Below are positions 24,684-38,689 of a stretch of DNA of 64,000 nucleotides, piece by piece. The notes under the pieces were generated by a model. It made no database searches, was not told where the DNA came from, and saw nothing but the letters and a program-made list of their open reading frames with translations. Source of the stretch: Azolla caroliniana (Eukaryota; Plantae; Polypodiophyta); NCBI GenBank assembly GCA_043228905.1, contig JBHGNT010000016.1, positions 3,720,001 to 3,784,000 of the forward strand, in the 5' to 3' direction. The position numbers and the translations under genes were made by a program. Positions within the stretch are counted from its first letter, which is position 1; every line of letters starts with the position of its first letter.

Positions 24684-25468
24684 CAGAGCCGTTTAGAGCC
24701 AAACCGGTTCCTACTCACCTCCTCTAGTGAGGCCTCCCCCCACTCATGTCCGACGATTTTCTTCTTGTTTTACAATGAATCGAGTGGATTTCCCAACTCC
24801 TGGGTAGCAAGGTCATCATGCTACAAACTTTACCAATTCGAAATACTTAGGCAGGGCTTTCCATCTCAATGCGTAGACATGATGATACCCACGTGAAAGT
24901 GGCATAAAATCACATTGGCCATGGTAAATCCAGTGTTAATAGCGGCTTTGTCTCCGTTGTTTAAGGCACCCAAAAAAGGCATACCATGCCAACAAGGAAC
25001 AAAAACTATTAGTAATTGCGATAACAACACACATGATGATGAGAATGCAGCCCGATGGATTTAAGTACTTGGGGAAATGAAAGATTGCAATACCTTGTTT
25101 GATTGAAGGAGATCATGAATATACATTGTTGTGCTCATGTATGTTGTATAGGACAAGGTTGATTCCATGGCATGAGATTCAAACAATTAGGTCCTCTCCA
25201 TTTTGATGACTTCTATGATACAGTGTGGTGAACCGGCAAAGCCTGTTTGGAACCAAACTTTGGGTTCTCTCGAACATGCAAGTTATGATGTTCCAATGTA
25301 TTTTTTTAGTTGGGTGCAAATATGGAGACGAGGCATTTGTCGAGATATGAGATGATGGAGGATGCCAATTACATGCAGTGCACGGGATGTAGGATGTAGT
25401 TGAAAAGAAGTGATACATACACGTACGTACATACATACATACATGCATATATACACATACGTACGTAC

Positions 25469-25750
25469 TGTTGAGAATCGACCGGCCACGACCGGTTTCA
25501 CGTTCGTATGCGGGTGCAAAGAAACGAGTGAAATAGATACATAGACAGAAAACGAGAAAAAACAGAAAGAACAAAGACACTAATATTTAACGTGGAAACC
25601 CGAACTAGGAAAAACCACGGGGGTCCACAAAACCCAAGAAACAGATCACTACGATAGCGGAGAAGTACAAATAAGAAACTCGGAGGCAATGACCTCGAGT
25701 TCTCCTTCGTGTGATAGGCGGTTACAAAGTTATACTCACACACACACACA

Positions 25751-25812
<62 letters not shown>

Positions 25813-25920
25813 TAAGAATGGCTTTCATTACGAAACAAAAAACACCACCATGACTAACTTACTACAAAGTATATAACCCGTCTATCTAGGGATCTAGAGA
25901 ATACTACGCCACCAAACTCA
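25469..25920. mobile_element. LTR-like fragment with internal (CA)n(CT)n microsatellite
   Basis: Starts TGTTGAG and contains TATTTAACGTGGAAACC, a motif common in plant copia LTRs. No clean CA end or TSD found. Confidence 0.4.
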
Positions 25921-26880
25921 ATGCCACCCTACACACCAATTCAAATGGCAAGTATGATGATATGTGACCTTGTAGAGTTGTCTCTCTTCATGGTTGAGAT
26001 TTCGTGACTTCTCTAGCATTGTCAATTGCCACAAAAGAAGTTCTTTTAACTTTAGAACATATTTTCTCCCCCAACTTGCGAATAAAAAATGGAGGCATTC
26101 CGCATATTCCAATTGAACCATAGCCCCCAATACCTCAAGAACTCAAAAATAATTTGAAAATGAGGCATCGGTTCATTGTTCTCCATATGTGCAAAAACCC
26201 AAATGAAGGAAGATAGACTTACTCCTGTTAGAGACATCCACACTAAACTGATACACCTCCAAACCATCATTGCCATCGGGCATGAAATAAATCGATGCCT
26301 ACTATGTTCCAATTCCACCTAACAAAAGAAACACAATCCTTTAGTAAATTTCTTTTTTTTAATGCATCCCCTAATGGTAAAGGTCCAACCATAACTCTCC
26401 AAATAAATACCTTGGCTCGTAGCATCAATCGAGAACACCAACCTGCCTTGATCACACGAAACCACCAAGTAATGGGCTTATGAAATCCCCCACAAGAAAG
26501 GGGATGTGCCAAGTCATTACAAATGGAGGTTTTGGCAACATCGAGGTTGTTGAAGTGGGAGGGTAAACAAATTCTTAACTTTCAATTTAATCGGATGGCT
26601 AGATTGGGTTTGGTAACAGTTAAGGATGCTATGTTGGTTTCACAAAGAAGATTAATGGTTTTTCGAACAATAAGATCAACATTTCGTATTCCAAAAGGTT
26701 ATAACTTTATTTGGGATAAGTTGCAACAAATACTATCTTCGCATGAGCCAATTCCTGATTTAGATGGGCGATCTCAAGAGCTTGATTGGAGGTTTGTTGG
26801 AAATAAGGGATTGACTATGATCTCTATGAATGTTGCTTATCACAAGTTGATTGACAAACAAACATAAGTGGTTGAAAGAA
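25918..26880. mobile_element. Degenerate L1 ORF2 3' fragment with an inverted 5' segment
   Basis: Minus strand about 26497-25918 has zf-RVT motifs KVFIWRVMVGPLPLGDALKKRN, ELEHSRHRFISCP and LWFNWNMRN. Plus strand about 26497-26880 carries the region that normally precedes it (MARLGLVTVKD..AYHKLIDKQT). Confidence 0.75.
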
Positions 26881-27087
26881 AAGACACACACACTCACACT
26901 CATACTCACACAGTTACAGAGGCAACTACTACCTGTCTAACTATACAACTAAAAATGATTCCCCCTTTTATTCTCATAAGTTTGCCCTAGTTATATTTAT
27001 ACCAATACAACGTTCTGGGCAATTTACAGATATAGCCCACAAGGGGCACATTTAGACTATTTACAAGTATAGTCTCCTGATTTCGGT

Positions 27088-27103
27088 TTCGGCCTCGGCC
27101 GAA
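27088..27103. promoter_or_regulatory. TTCGG-N6-CCGAA palindrome upstream of the uL15 gene
   Basis: tttcggcc-tc-ggccgaaa, a perfect 8-bp inverted repeat. Confidence 0.45.
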
Positions 27104-27488
27104 ATACTCATTGGACTCCATCGGAATCGGTTCGTTCTCTTCTTCCCATCCAGAGGGACATGTTTCCCAACACATACATACAAACGCCGATGGGATAAAG
27201 AAAGATGCATTTGGCAACAAGGATTCGAACCAAAGAGGCACACATTATTGGGCTGAATTGAGCCCCCCCCCCCCCCCCCCAAAAAAAAAAATAAAAAAAA
27301 TAAATTCTCTTCTCATTCCAAAACCTTCACTTTTTTAGAGTTTCAAATCTTCAGTAGTAGTAGTAGTAGTAGTAGTAGTAGACCTTATTGTGTTGTGTGT
27401 GTTTTTCTTTTTGTTCTAAAACCTTTCAATCAAATTTCCAAGAGAAGGAACAGAACACACACACACACACACACAGACAGAGAAGCAC

Positions 27489-30031
27489 ATGATGCTCAGG
27501 CCATGGCTGCAGCGCAGAGCCTGCCAGGCTATGGCCACCGTGAAGAACAAGCTGCAAACGCAATACATGTCTTCCCTCTCCACTACAGCAAGGACAAGAG
27601 GGAAGAGAGGAATTGTGGAGCTGGAAGCTTCAGATTCCGTTCTTCCGCCGCAGGTCTCCGTGGCTCACACCTCCCCCACGGGGCTCAGATTCTTAGCTCT
27701 TAATGACCTCAGGGACAACAAAGGGGCGACAAAGGCTAAGCGCAGGGTGGGAAGAGGGATCGGATCGGGAAGGGGCAAAACTTGCGGGCGGGGACATAAA
27801 GGCCAGAAAGCTCGAGGCCGGAGACCTCGCCTCGGTTTTGAAGGTGGACAAACTCCTCTTCGTTTACGCCTCCCTCGCCGAGGTTTCCACAACAAATTCA
27901 GCTTAACTTTCAAGGTATTCTTCTTGTCTTTTTTTGTTTTGTCATTATTATCATTCAGTTTTGGGCAATGTTACTTTTGTTTACCCTTGGATTCTGGAAA
28001 CGAGATTTGTAAAGCCATATATGTCTAGGAGGGGAAAACCATGAAGAAGTTATTTATGATGGATGCTACATCAAACAAGTTTCACAAATACCCCTGAAAC
28101 TATGCAGAAGTTATTTATGGTGAATGCTACACCAAATGCTGTTGTTTCTATTTTTTGAAGCATTGATATAGTTTTTTCAAAGCATATGGAACTTTTGTGT
28201 AATTGCATAACTTATTCAATCTACGTTTTACCAGAAAATAAATACATTGGTGTAACCATATCCCACTCCTTTCCCTTTTACAAGTCTTTGCAGCACAATA
28301 CCTGTCAATTATACCATAAGATTTCAGTTACTCTGGAATGCACGGTGATGCTATTGTTTAATTGGAATCCATCTTTTTTTGAATAGAAATTTTATTGTTT
28401 CATTTCAAACAACATACACTATCATCCATTTTTCTCGACCTCTAGCATTGTTTTGAAAGAGATTAGTCTATCTGTGATGACATGCCAATTGCTCAGATGG
28501 TTATTCTATATCCTTTTGAGATCAGGATTAAGATTGCTTTATACACAGTTTCAAGTTTATCGAACAGTAGAGTTTGAATCATAGTTATGGAAAATATTGA
28601 TCAGAAATGTTTCATGAAACAAGATTTTAGTTCTGACTACTCTTATGTTTAAGGAATCTGAAATTTGTTTTAAAATTTCAAAATCTGATCTTTTTATATC
28701 GCGCCTTTGTAGGGATAGAATTTATAAGGCAATCATGCTAAGGCTTGCTCTTTATGAGCTAATTTAGGCTACTCTAAACAGACTGGCTTTCCTTTCTCTG
28801 ATCTTTAGTCTTTTCTTGTAGCATAAAGACGCTGCAATAACAGAACCTCCACAATTGACTATTCCTTATGCAGTCTGATATCTGGAACATCTAGACATAG
28901 TGAATAGATAGATACATCCATTAGCCAGATTTACATGCTATATCATATGATGCTATGTAGGATAATTTTTGTTGCCTCCACTGTAATAAGTTGTATTAGA
29001 AGTTTTTAGAAAAGCCAGTTAAATGACCAGGTCATTGTATTAGTAAAACAGGATCGCTAGACCCTAGCTGCGGATCTTTCTAAATGCGTGCTGGAGAATA
29101 AAACAGCTTGCATTGTGTTGGAACTTGGGATCTGACATTTGGTAAAATACCTGTATCTATTGAGGCTGTTGATAAAGTTTTCTGTTTGGAATATGGTGTG
29201 TTTATTTTACTTTGATTCTGATTGTCTAAAATTGAACTCTAGTCTGTTTATGCCACTCAATTGATGACAACTAATTTGCAGCCATTAAATCTGAAAACTG
29301 TTGCGGAATCAGTGGAGAAAGGAAAGCTAGATTCAAATGAGTTAATCACAATGAAGACATTGAAGGTACTATCTGACAGTTTTCATTGAATATATTTCTT
29401 TATGGGTTTGTGCTAAAAACATTTGCTACATTGGTGTAGGATGCAGGGCTTGTTGGGAAACAGATAAAAGATGGTGTGAAGCTGCTTGGAGCTGGAGCTA
29501 GTTCATTCTCTATTCCTATGCATTTGGAGGTATGCTTTTCCTCACTTACAGAAACACCTTCCTCCTCCCCTTTGTACATATATGGTGATATAATAAAAAC
29601 AATGAAAATATTGAGAGTAAGTTGAAATGCTGGAAGTGTGTGTATGTAGGGAAAGTGTTAGAAGACTACCCCCTTCCCTCTTGTGTGTATATTGGTGTAG
29701 AATAAGATCAATGGAGAAATTTTGAAGGCTATTTAAGCTGAAAGGCTCAAAATGTGTGTAGGTAAGTAGAGTTTCACAAAAGGCTAAGGCAGCAGTGGAA
29801 GCTGCGGGAGGGAGTGTGACACGAGTTCACTATACAAGGCTAGGATTGAAGGCTCTTACGAAGCCAGAATGGTTTGAGAAGAAGGGTCGCCTTCTACCAC
29901 GGCCAGCTAGGCCTACTCCCAAAATCTTACCTCAAGTTGATGAAATTGGACGGCTTCCAGCACCAACATCCAGACCAGTCCCTCCGCCTGTGGTTCAGGA
30001 GCCAGCCTCAGATAAAAAACAAGAAGCTTGA
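27489..30031 (+). CDS. RPL15: Organellar (probably mitochondrial) 50S ribosomal protein L15, about 289 aa
   Basis: Exons 27489-27914, 29282-29365, 29440-29529 and 29762-30031 are in frame. Motifs [51 protein letters not shown] and [18 protein letters not shown], with an Arg-rich presequence. Confidence 0.93.
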
Positions 30032-30999
30032 GAGCTCACTCCAAACCCTCATATATGTGTACAGGGCAAGGAAAATTTCAAACCCTCCTCATATATGTAT
30101 ATGATAATAACTTTCAGACTTTGAGTTTGTTCCTACAGATTGTTGGATCCCTTTTTTTATGCTTCTGCTTTCAGGTGGATTTTACTGGCTAATTCTGTAG
30201 ATCAAGCAGCTCAATAAAGCTTCAGGAATGTCTAGGAGCTGAATTTGCCCAGAAATAGCTGAATTTGTTTTCCTTATTTTCTTTAATGGGTGAAATATCC
30301 GAACTTCTGACGTTTATCTTGTAGGGTAAGAAGACCCTAAACCATTGGGCCAATCCATTTTTCACATTGGATCAAAACTTCTCTAAAGCACATATCATAT
30401 ATGGGATTATCTAAGTACCTTAAAGAAAAGGAAGGTGAGAAAATGTGTGAAGAACGGAGGACACGTTTCATTATCAGTTTGCTTGAATTAGTCTACTGTC
30501 ATGCTTTTTTTGATTATTCATTCATTAGAATTGAATAAAGATTTTTATATCTTTCTAAATTGCATTAATAATTTTGGCCTTCAAATTTGTTCTATATTCA
30601 GATTCTTTCAGAAGGTTTTCCTTGCTTTTTAACCTCTACCAAATAATTAAATTAGAAAGCGGATAGAGCCAGGATGTACATTTTTATGATACTGTTGAAC
30701 AAGTCTGCCATACAACTCATAGGTTCAATTCTTAAGATCGAGCTGTTTATCGAAACTTATAACCCTTTCTCTTTTTATGAATTGATGTTCCTTCAAGATG
30801 GTTATTTATTTCTTGTATATTCTTTCAAATTCTTGATGAGATTGTTATCCTTGGTTGTCTAATCCTTAGAAAGTTGACTTCATGCCATAGTTTAAAGACC
30901 TCATTTTCATTCTATTAGTTATCAATTTCTTATGATGAATAAGAAAGGCAATGTCATCCTAAAATGTGACATGCACGCTCACAAAATCATTGTCTCTTG

Positions 31000-33400
31000 G
31001 CCTCTTGCTAATGGAGTAATGGTTGTAGTAGTTCTGATTGAAATATGTTGAAACAGAAATGGAGTAATGGATGCAATAGTTTTGATTGAGGGGATAGAAA
31101 AATGCAAAGCTCCAAAAATGCTTGCGATTGATGATGTTTCAATGATGTGTGGATCCAACTTCATTAACTATCTATTATTGCTCGTGGCATGTTTATAATT
31201 CATGGCTGACCTATTCTTATGCTCTAGTATTCATAACCTCTAGTCACAAGAGGCTATAATAGGTAAGAAACAAAATTATAAGGTAAATAAAAACCTAGAA
31301 ATATGAACACATGATACTCAATGCACCCAAAATTTGAAGATTATATAGATTACCTGTGGCATGTGTACAAATGTTCAAACAAATGTCATAAATGATCAAA
31401 GCTAATATCATCAATAAAAATATGATGGTTTGGATTTTGAAGACAAGGAACTTTAGTGTTTTGTAATTATGTATGATGTGTAAAAAAATTACTGGACTTG
31501 AGACAAAAAGAGAAACTTTAATGATTGCATGCATAATTTTTCTAATAACTAGTGGTCCTCAATGATTGTAGACACTCCCATCATCATTTCTCCTAGAAAT
31601 GGAGAGAACTTAAATGGCAAGGAGATGCATGTGAACTATTCAATTTATCATAGGATGGAATACAAACATCTTGTTGAATGAGACAATGATACAAAAGGTA
31701 GAGGATTAATTGGCCTCATTTTATGGAAAAACTAGAGATGTGATCAATATGCATATATCTAAAGACTTTAGTGGTGGAATGAACTGTTGGGAAGATATTT
31801 TAGGGTTCCCCAAATACATTGGAATCTATTGTAAATTTGTAAATGTCTCTATGGACAAATGTTGGCCATGAGGTAGTATATGACAATCACAAGTGTCTAT
31901 TTTCAAGTGCAAAAATCCACAACTATTGAAAAAGTACTCGGGTCTATAGAAAGAAAATGCAGTTTGTTGGACATGAGAGCCTTAGACATCGAAAACTACA
32001 AGAGGTTTTCAAATGCAAAATTATGCCATCAAAGGCTTGTGGGATGTGGAAGACTTGTGATATTGCAAAAAGTGATGATGGATTGGTTGGTACATGATTG
32101 GCATGGGCTAGCTAAAGTTCATAGGAGTGGATCTTCTATGTTGGTCAACTACAAAATAAGTCTTACTCACATGAGATTGATAGAGCAAAGTATTTTCTAA
32201 AGTTAATTCATACCAACTTCTACATAAAGATGATATTAAAAACATTAGGTGGATCATCCTACTTCATCATCATAAATTTTAATTGTATGATGAGAAGGTT
32301 GAGACACTCAGAAAGTTTATAAAGTGGCATATGATATCGGAGCAAGAATTGAACCTAAAGGTGAAATTCTTTGGACTGATCAAGCACAATAAAAACTTTC
32401 AAACAAATTTGAGTATATATCATCAAAATGAATGTGAAGGTAGTCGATGGCTCGAGCACAATAAAAACTTTCAAACAAATTTGAGTATATATCATCAAAA
32501 TGAATGTGAAGGTAGTCGATGGCTCCATTGTATACCCAAGGCTTTAGATCATTATTGAGGCGCTTTGAGGGATTGCATGATTCCTATGGGGCTTAGTTAA
32601 TTAGCACTATGGTCTACATATTCAATCAAGTTTTTACATAGACTTTCAAGAAGGTGTAACTACACATAATGCATATTTAGGCAAGAAACCTTTTGTTGCA
32701 TATCGTATGTGCATGTGCTTGACAAGTGTAGGTCAAAGTTGGATATCAAGAGCAAGAGATGCGTCTTCATTGGATACAAGCCAAAGTTCAAGGCTCACAA
32801 ACTCTATTATTCAACTGTCAAGACGATAACATTTGGTCTAAATGTGGAGATCGATGAATATCTATACAACAAGGTGGTAGATCCAAGACATTAGAAGGCA
32901 AATATAACATGAATCATCAAAAGATGAAGCATGTGCATGAGTTCTATTAGGCTAAAAAAATAACTTTGTGGTGCAATGGATGTACATTTATGTGTGTTGA
33001 AAAAAATTTACATTATGGTCTACATTGACTGCAATGGATGTACATACATGTAAGTGGGTTGAAAAAAATTAATATTATGGTCTACATTGACTGCAATGGA
33101 TGTACCTTTACGTAAGAACCCGTTTGGCATGCATATAAGGATATTTGATTGCACATGAGCTTGGCAATTGTAGGACAAAGTTTGGATGTTAAGTGCAAGA
33201 GATTCATCTTCCTCGAATACAACCCCTAGTCAAAGACATACAAACTATATTATTCAAATATCGTGATGTGGAATTTGATGAACATTTATATCAATAGTAT
33301 AAGAGATATAAGACATTAAAAGGAGAGATATAATTTGAATTGCAAAAAGATAAAACATGTCCAAGAGTTGGAATCCGGTGTTGGTGATGAAGTGAGCACT
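31000..33400 (+). mobile_element. Highly degenerate copia internal region (pre-integrase/integrase) with internal duplications; boundaries approximate
   Basis: Fragments KLCHQRL, ETLRKFIKWH and HVLDKCRSKLDIKSKRCVFIGY..AHKLY resemble the intact copia pol. Contains a 72-bp tandem duplication (about 32383-32525) and a second copy of the integrase tail (about 33110-33370). Confidence 0.75.
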
Positions 33401-34959
33401 AAGCAATTCAATACGGCTTAACATGGAATGCCAATTCTTGAGTTGTTAGATTGACTCTCTAAATCTAGAGAGAATGCACACTCCATTTAACAAAATTATT
33501 GTGCTTTGGTTTAAAGAAATTTCATGAGTGCTCCTCCAAAGATAAAGTAATTTTGAAAATTTTGGCCGACATTGATGAGGCAACGACTACCACTTACTTC
33601 AGTTTTCCCACAATTCACCATGGAGATTTGTATATTTGCAAAAGGCATGGGGAGTGTCTAGGGGCTTTTGAGGTTCCTCACATGCGTCATAGATGAGCAC
33701 AACATCAACAATGAATGGAAACGTAGATATCATCACTCTAGACTAGATCTACCACTTCTTTCTCCGATATGTTTTGAGAACTTGTTTACGTAAATACCAA
33801 ATAGGTTTGGAGGATAGTGGGCATTTTTGCATCTCTTTTGACATAATATTTGACATTCGTCCCTATGCTTGTATTCTACACAAGTCTCCCATAAAGCATA
33901 TATTGTCCATTGGACATTTCTAGTATTCCAATGGCATGTAGCGACTTCGCTAGTTCTTCCATTGCACTATGTACCTTGAATGTTTCACAAAAGTCTACAA
34001 CATCATAACAATATATCTTTTCCTTCCTTGTTTGACCTTCCTCTAGTATATAATTTCTCTTAGTCCGAAGTTAGGATTAGTAGTAGGGTGCCTTTCTTTA
34101 AATCTCTTTCGTTTCTGGGATCTTGTTTCTTGTTCCTCATATCATTCACTAAAGTCATGCTCCAATATTGATCCATATATTTTGGCTATGGTGTACCCAA
34201 TTGAGATAATCACGTAGCTATTAGGGACCATTGAGTTTGACCAACCCAATTTTCCAAGAAGCCCTTAAACACTATTCTATCAACAATTTCAGCAAACAAT
34301 AGTCTCGAGTTTCACATGTTTTAGTTTTCCAGACACCATGTTTTACCTTGCTAAGGTTTACTAGTTTTGGCATGTGCTCTTTAATGGTAACATTGTATAA
34401 CTAATGGTTGTATTTTTACCAATTGCTTGGGTGAGTGAGTCATGTTGGTGATAGTTTCACGCAGTCTCAACTGTCGTCGAGAGCGCTCTTGCAATGTTTA
34501 CCCAAAACCATGACACAGATTCCCCCATCCATTCTTGTCGGGCATTCGCTCCTTATCTTCCAAATTTGTCATAAAAAAGAGGGTCCTCGACATGTATGCT
34601 AAGTACAAATTATTGTGTTTTTCAAATTGTGTCCTCTTCCTGTACAATATTTTGATGCCAAGCTCCAACTATTTTGAGGATGCGATTGCAGACAGGTCAG
34701 TCATTTGGGGGGGGTAGAGCATATGTTGCTGATTTTTGCATTATATATTATTAGATAGCCTTGTGAATTGATTGCTTGAGAGCCCGACGATAAGTCAATC
34801 CAATCGCGGATTGGCAATATGTACATACATACTATCTAAGCAAGCCAGGCTAAGCCCCAGAGAACCAAAAATGAGATTTCCTTCTTGGCACATATAGACA
34901 TACATATATGATACAAAATGTCAAAGGCTGCCCTGTTTTGACTGCTTGCCTCCATTGAC

Positions 34960-34962
<3 letters not shown>

Positions 34963-35010
<48 letters not shown>
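34963..35010. repeat. (GA)n microsatellite in the LOR gene leader
   Basis: Directly visible in the sequence. Confidence 0.9.
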
Positions 35011-35014
<4 letters not shown>

Positions 35015-35201
35015 TACATAGAGCTCAGAGAGAGAAACCCACAATAGGGAAAGAGACAGGCATCCAAAAAGAGAGTGGGAGAAAGAACAGAGAGGGAAGG
35101 AGACAGAGACAGAGACAGAGACAGACAGACAGACAGACCCAAAGGAAGGCAGAGAGGGAGAAGGAGGGGGAGGGGGGGTGTGGGTTTGAAGAGAGACCTA
35201 A

Positions 35202-37453
35202 ATGTTGCAAGTCCCAAATGTGGCGAAAGATGAGGGTTTGCAGACCCTGCATATTCATGGAACACATGTGGAAGAAGCTTTGCAGGAGGAGGAGAAGGAG
35301 AAGGATCAACATGATAATGGGCAGAAAATAAAACAACAACAACAACAACAACAACAACAGGAGATGGAGGTGGAGGAGGAGATTCAGGAGGTGATAGATC
35401 CAGAGTATGTTTCCACCATATCTCCAGTAGTGGCTTCTAGATATACACAGCCACTCCCCTCCCTCGAGATCAAGGTTTCCAAGGAGTTCACTGGCTCCAC
35501 ATACTGCATGGGAGATTTCACATTCAGAGACACAAATGGAATACTCCTCTTTATGCTCTCCTCTCGCACCCGCAAAACTCAGAACCATCGAGTCCTCCTT
35601 GATCCTGCATTTGTGCCCGTCCTCTCCGCCCACAGGAAGGTACGCATTTTGGCAAATTCACTCAATTACACCTCTTAATTTTTATAGATTTGTGCCGACA
35701 CCCTCTTTTAAGTTTTCTTTTTCCAAAAACTTAGCAGATTACACCCTGTAATCTTGTAGATATGCAAAACTTTGCCCCTAGTTTGGTAAATTTTCCCTAC
35801 ATACGACTTTTAAAATTTTATCTGAATACCCCTTAGTTTTCAGAGATTCGTGATGAAGGTATATATACATGCCTCTGACCATAAGAGTTAACCTTCATCC
35901 AAATTTGTTAGAAAACAATGCATTAGCATATTAATCTTCTAAATTCAAATTATATATACATACAGACACAGGAAACCCCTGGGTTTCTTCCATCTCTTCC
36001 TTGCATCTCCCTTAGTTACCAATTGGAAACTCTTTTTTGCTTCTTTTTTGCTTTTTTCTTCCATTCCTTGAATTTTCTTTCTCATTTTGGAGCTGTTGAT
36101 TTTTTTACTTTTTTTATGTGAACCTTTTGAAGCAGCCTTTCTTGAGGAAAGCTTCTTTCCCCCCGAACTTTTTTCTTATTTTTGCTTTTTCTTTTTTCTC
36201 TCTCATTTTGTTTTCTTTTTCTTTTTAAAGTTTATTTTTGAAGAATGGCTTGTGGAATATGCTTTTCCAATTATATTATATTTTCATGCCTTCAACTGCA
36301 TTGCCTTGCACTGGAACTTTGCCTTTTTCCTTCAGCAGTTTTTAGAGTTGATTTTTATGTTTGAAAATTGATTTTCCACATTTTTTACTACCATTTCAAA
36401 GTGCTTTTCCTCTCAATGTTTTTGCTGTTTACAAATTTTGAGGTGCTTTTGGGGCTGTTTCTTCATCAAATTACGGTTTCTTTCCTTGCATTTTCTTCAT
36501 TGGCTTTTGAGGTTCTTTTCGTGTGGAGCTCAAATTCTAGTTACGTCTTTGAAAATTTTGCTCAATAAGAATGAGTGTTCACATAAACCATAGATTTTTA
36601 GAAAATGTGCTGTGCATTAATTCTTACCCACATTCCAAGTGTAGAGGTTTAGTATTTAATAAAAAAACATTTACAAAGTCTAAAAGAGCACATACATATG
36701 TGCTTTGACATTTGGTTTGCTTTTCAGCATATAAGATACTTTTCTTTTGATGTTAGGCACGGAGCTTATACAACCGGTGGGATGTGTTTCGCGGCGAGGT
36801 GCCAAAGGCTGAGGAAGCACTTTTCAGTGTAAAGAGGTCCGCATATTTGCAGCTCAAGAAATCCTTTCATGTTTTCTTGGCATCATCACAGAAGGAGAAG
36901 ACACCCCAATTCAAAGTGAAGGGGAACTATGTGAAAAGGAATTGCAAGGTCTTTCATGGATCTGAAATTATCGCTGAGGTAAAAATCAGCACACCGTCTC
37001 TTGCCTTTTGAAACAACATGGTTTTAATTACTTCAGGAACTTTGATACTAGTCTATGTGCTTTCTAGATAGTAAAGAGTTAGAAATCAACCATTGTTTAA
37101 ATTATTCTCCCAAATTAATGTGTCAGCATAGACATAGCATTAGGCATACATCCCACACACTGTTTGTCCTTCAGATGGGTGTTCACTTTGTACGCAAGTT
37201 TTTAATTCTTAAAATATGTTGTGTTAATTTAGTTAATCAGGTAGATTCATTTGAGGTAAATTAATTTTGTGTTTTTCGGTGTCTCTTTGGGTAGGTAAAA
37301 GGGCAATTCGACACAAACTCGCAATTGAAAAAAAACACTTTTTCAATTGTCTTACATCCAGGTGTTGACTATGCGTTTGTCGTGACACTGATAGTAATTA
37401 TGGATGAAATTCATAGAGAACAAGACCACCATTCAAGCTCAAGCTCTAGATGA
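35202..37453 (+). CDS. LURP-one-related (LOR / tubby C-terminal-like) protein, about 272 aa, with acidic poly-Q N-terminus
   Basis: Exons 35202-35639, 36757-36978 and 37295-37453 are in frame. Motifs GDFTFRDTNGILLF, RVLLDPAFVPVLS, RWDVFRG..LFSVKRS, FKVKGNY..CKVF..IIAEVK and HPGVDYAFVVTLIVIMD. The start codon is not certain. Confidence 0.88.
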
Positions 37454-38689
37454 GAAATTCTTTCTTCGGCCGTGGTCATCTCCCATATTCACAGTATGGA
37501 CAAGGCTCTTTGTAATATAATTTTTTTCATAATAAAGTTTTCTTTTCAATCAGGTGAGAAGAAACTGAAATGTAATGATATAATCCCATTCTTTGTACAT
37601 ATTCATCCTTGAATATGTCCTACCAAAATCCTATTACTTCTGCTATCTGCGGATTGCATGTACAATATATAAACTCAACACAACAATTGACTGTTGTTGT
37701 GAAATTCTGTGAAATTGTACGATTGACATTTTCTGAGTAATTAATGAGAATTGATAATATTGTAAATGGCAAAATGCATCTGTAGCCAATCGTAGATTTC
37801 CCATAAATGGAAAGGAGATTCACATCAAAGGTGGGACTGATCAAAGCAATGATTTCTTATGAGGGTTTTTGCTAAGATAAGTATAAATTTGAGAGCTCAA
37901 TCAAAAGTATGCTTGTCATCAAAAGTAGTGGGTCCAAACATTGTTATTTCCTGTCTTCCGATTAGATTTACCAATCATTTATTCCCAGAAACTAGTTTTG
38001 TTGATGGTATCAAATTCTTTCTGCCAAAATTGATTGGGAAACATAGAGTGCTTATTGGCCTTGGTACATTTTACCTTAGTTGTACAAGAGTAAGAAAACG
38101 CGATGGGGATAAAAAATATTGGCATACATATGTAGATACCTGCCATCTAGTAAAACAGTGGGGATTTGAATCCAAAATTAATGGGTATAGTCTAAGAGAG
38201 CATGAATCCTATGGAGTGCAAAATACTCTGTACAGAATTTACTCATTATCTCCATTTATATATTATCACACACATCATCCATAAGTTGAGGTTACCCCTT
38301 ATGAAAACCAATAGTGATTTGTGTAAGTTGTTGAACTCTCAACTTAGAGCTTACAAGGCATGGGCCTAATGCATTGGGACAACTTTTCGATGCCCATCAA
38401 TTATTACAAAAACATTAATGCAAGCCGAACCAAGAGGTGTTGTCCTCCCAAGGGTTTGTTCAATGATGACCCCCATGTTTTATTATGATTATACCCTAAT
38501 TAATAGCCTTGTGATATTGTTCTAACGATGCCTTCAAATTGAAACGATTCAAGTGTAGTTTAGCAAGCTTGGATTTGAATATGAACCCTCTTAAATTTGA
38601 TGTGAAATTATACTTTGTTTGAAATCCTTTGAAAACCAAAATGGGTTTGAAATTGTATGCATCCTTCCGAACTCCAATGACACGTTGTC

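Noticed and set aside
34921-35633. Overlapping ORFs around the LOR start (34921-35265, 35011-35331, 35025-35633)
   Set aside because: Shadow frames of (GA)n/(CAA)n repeats and of the real LOR exon.
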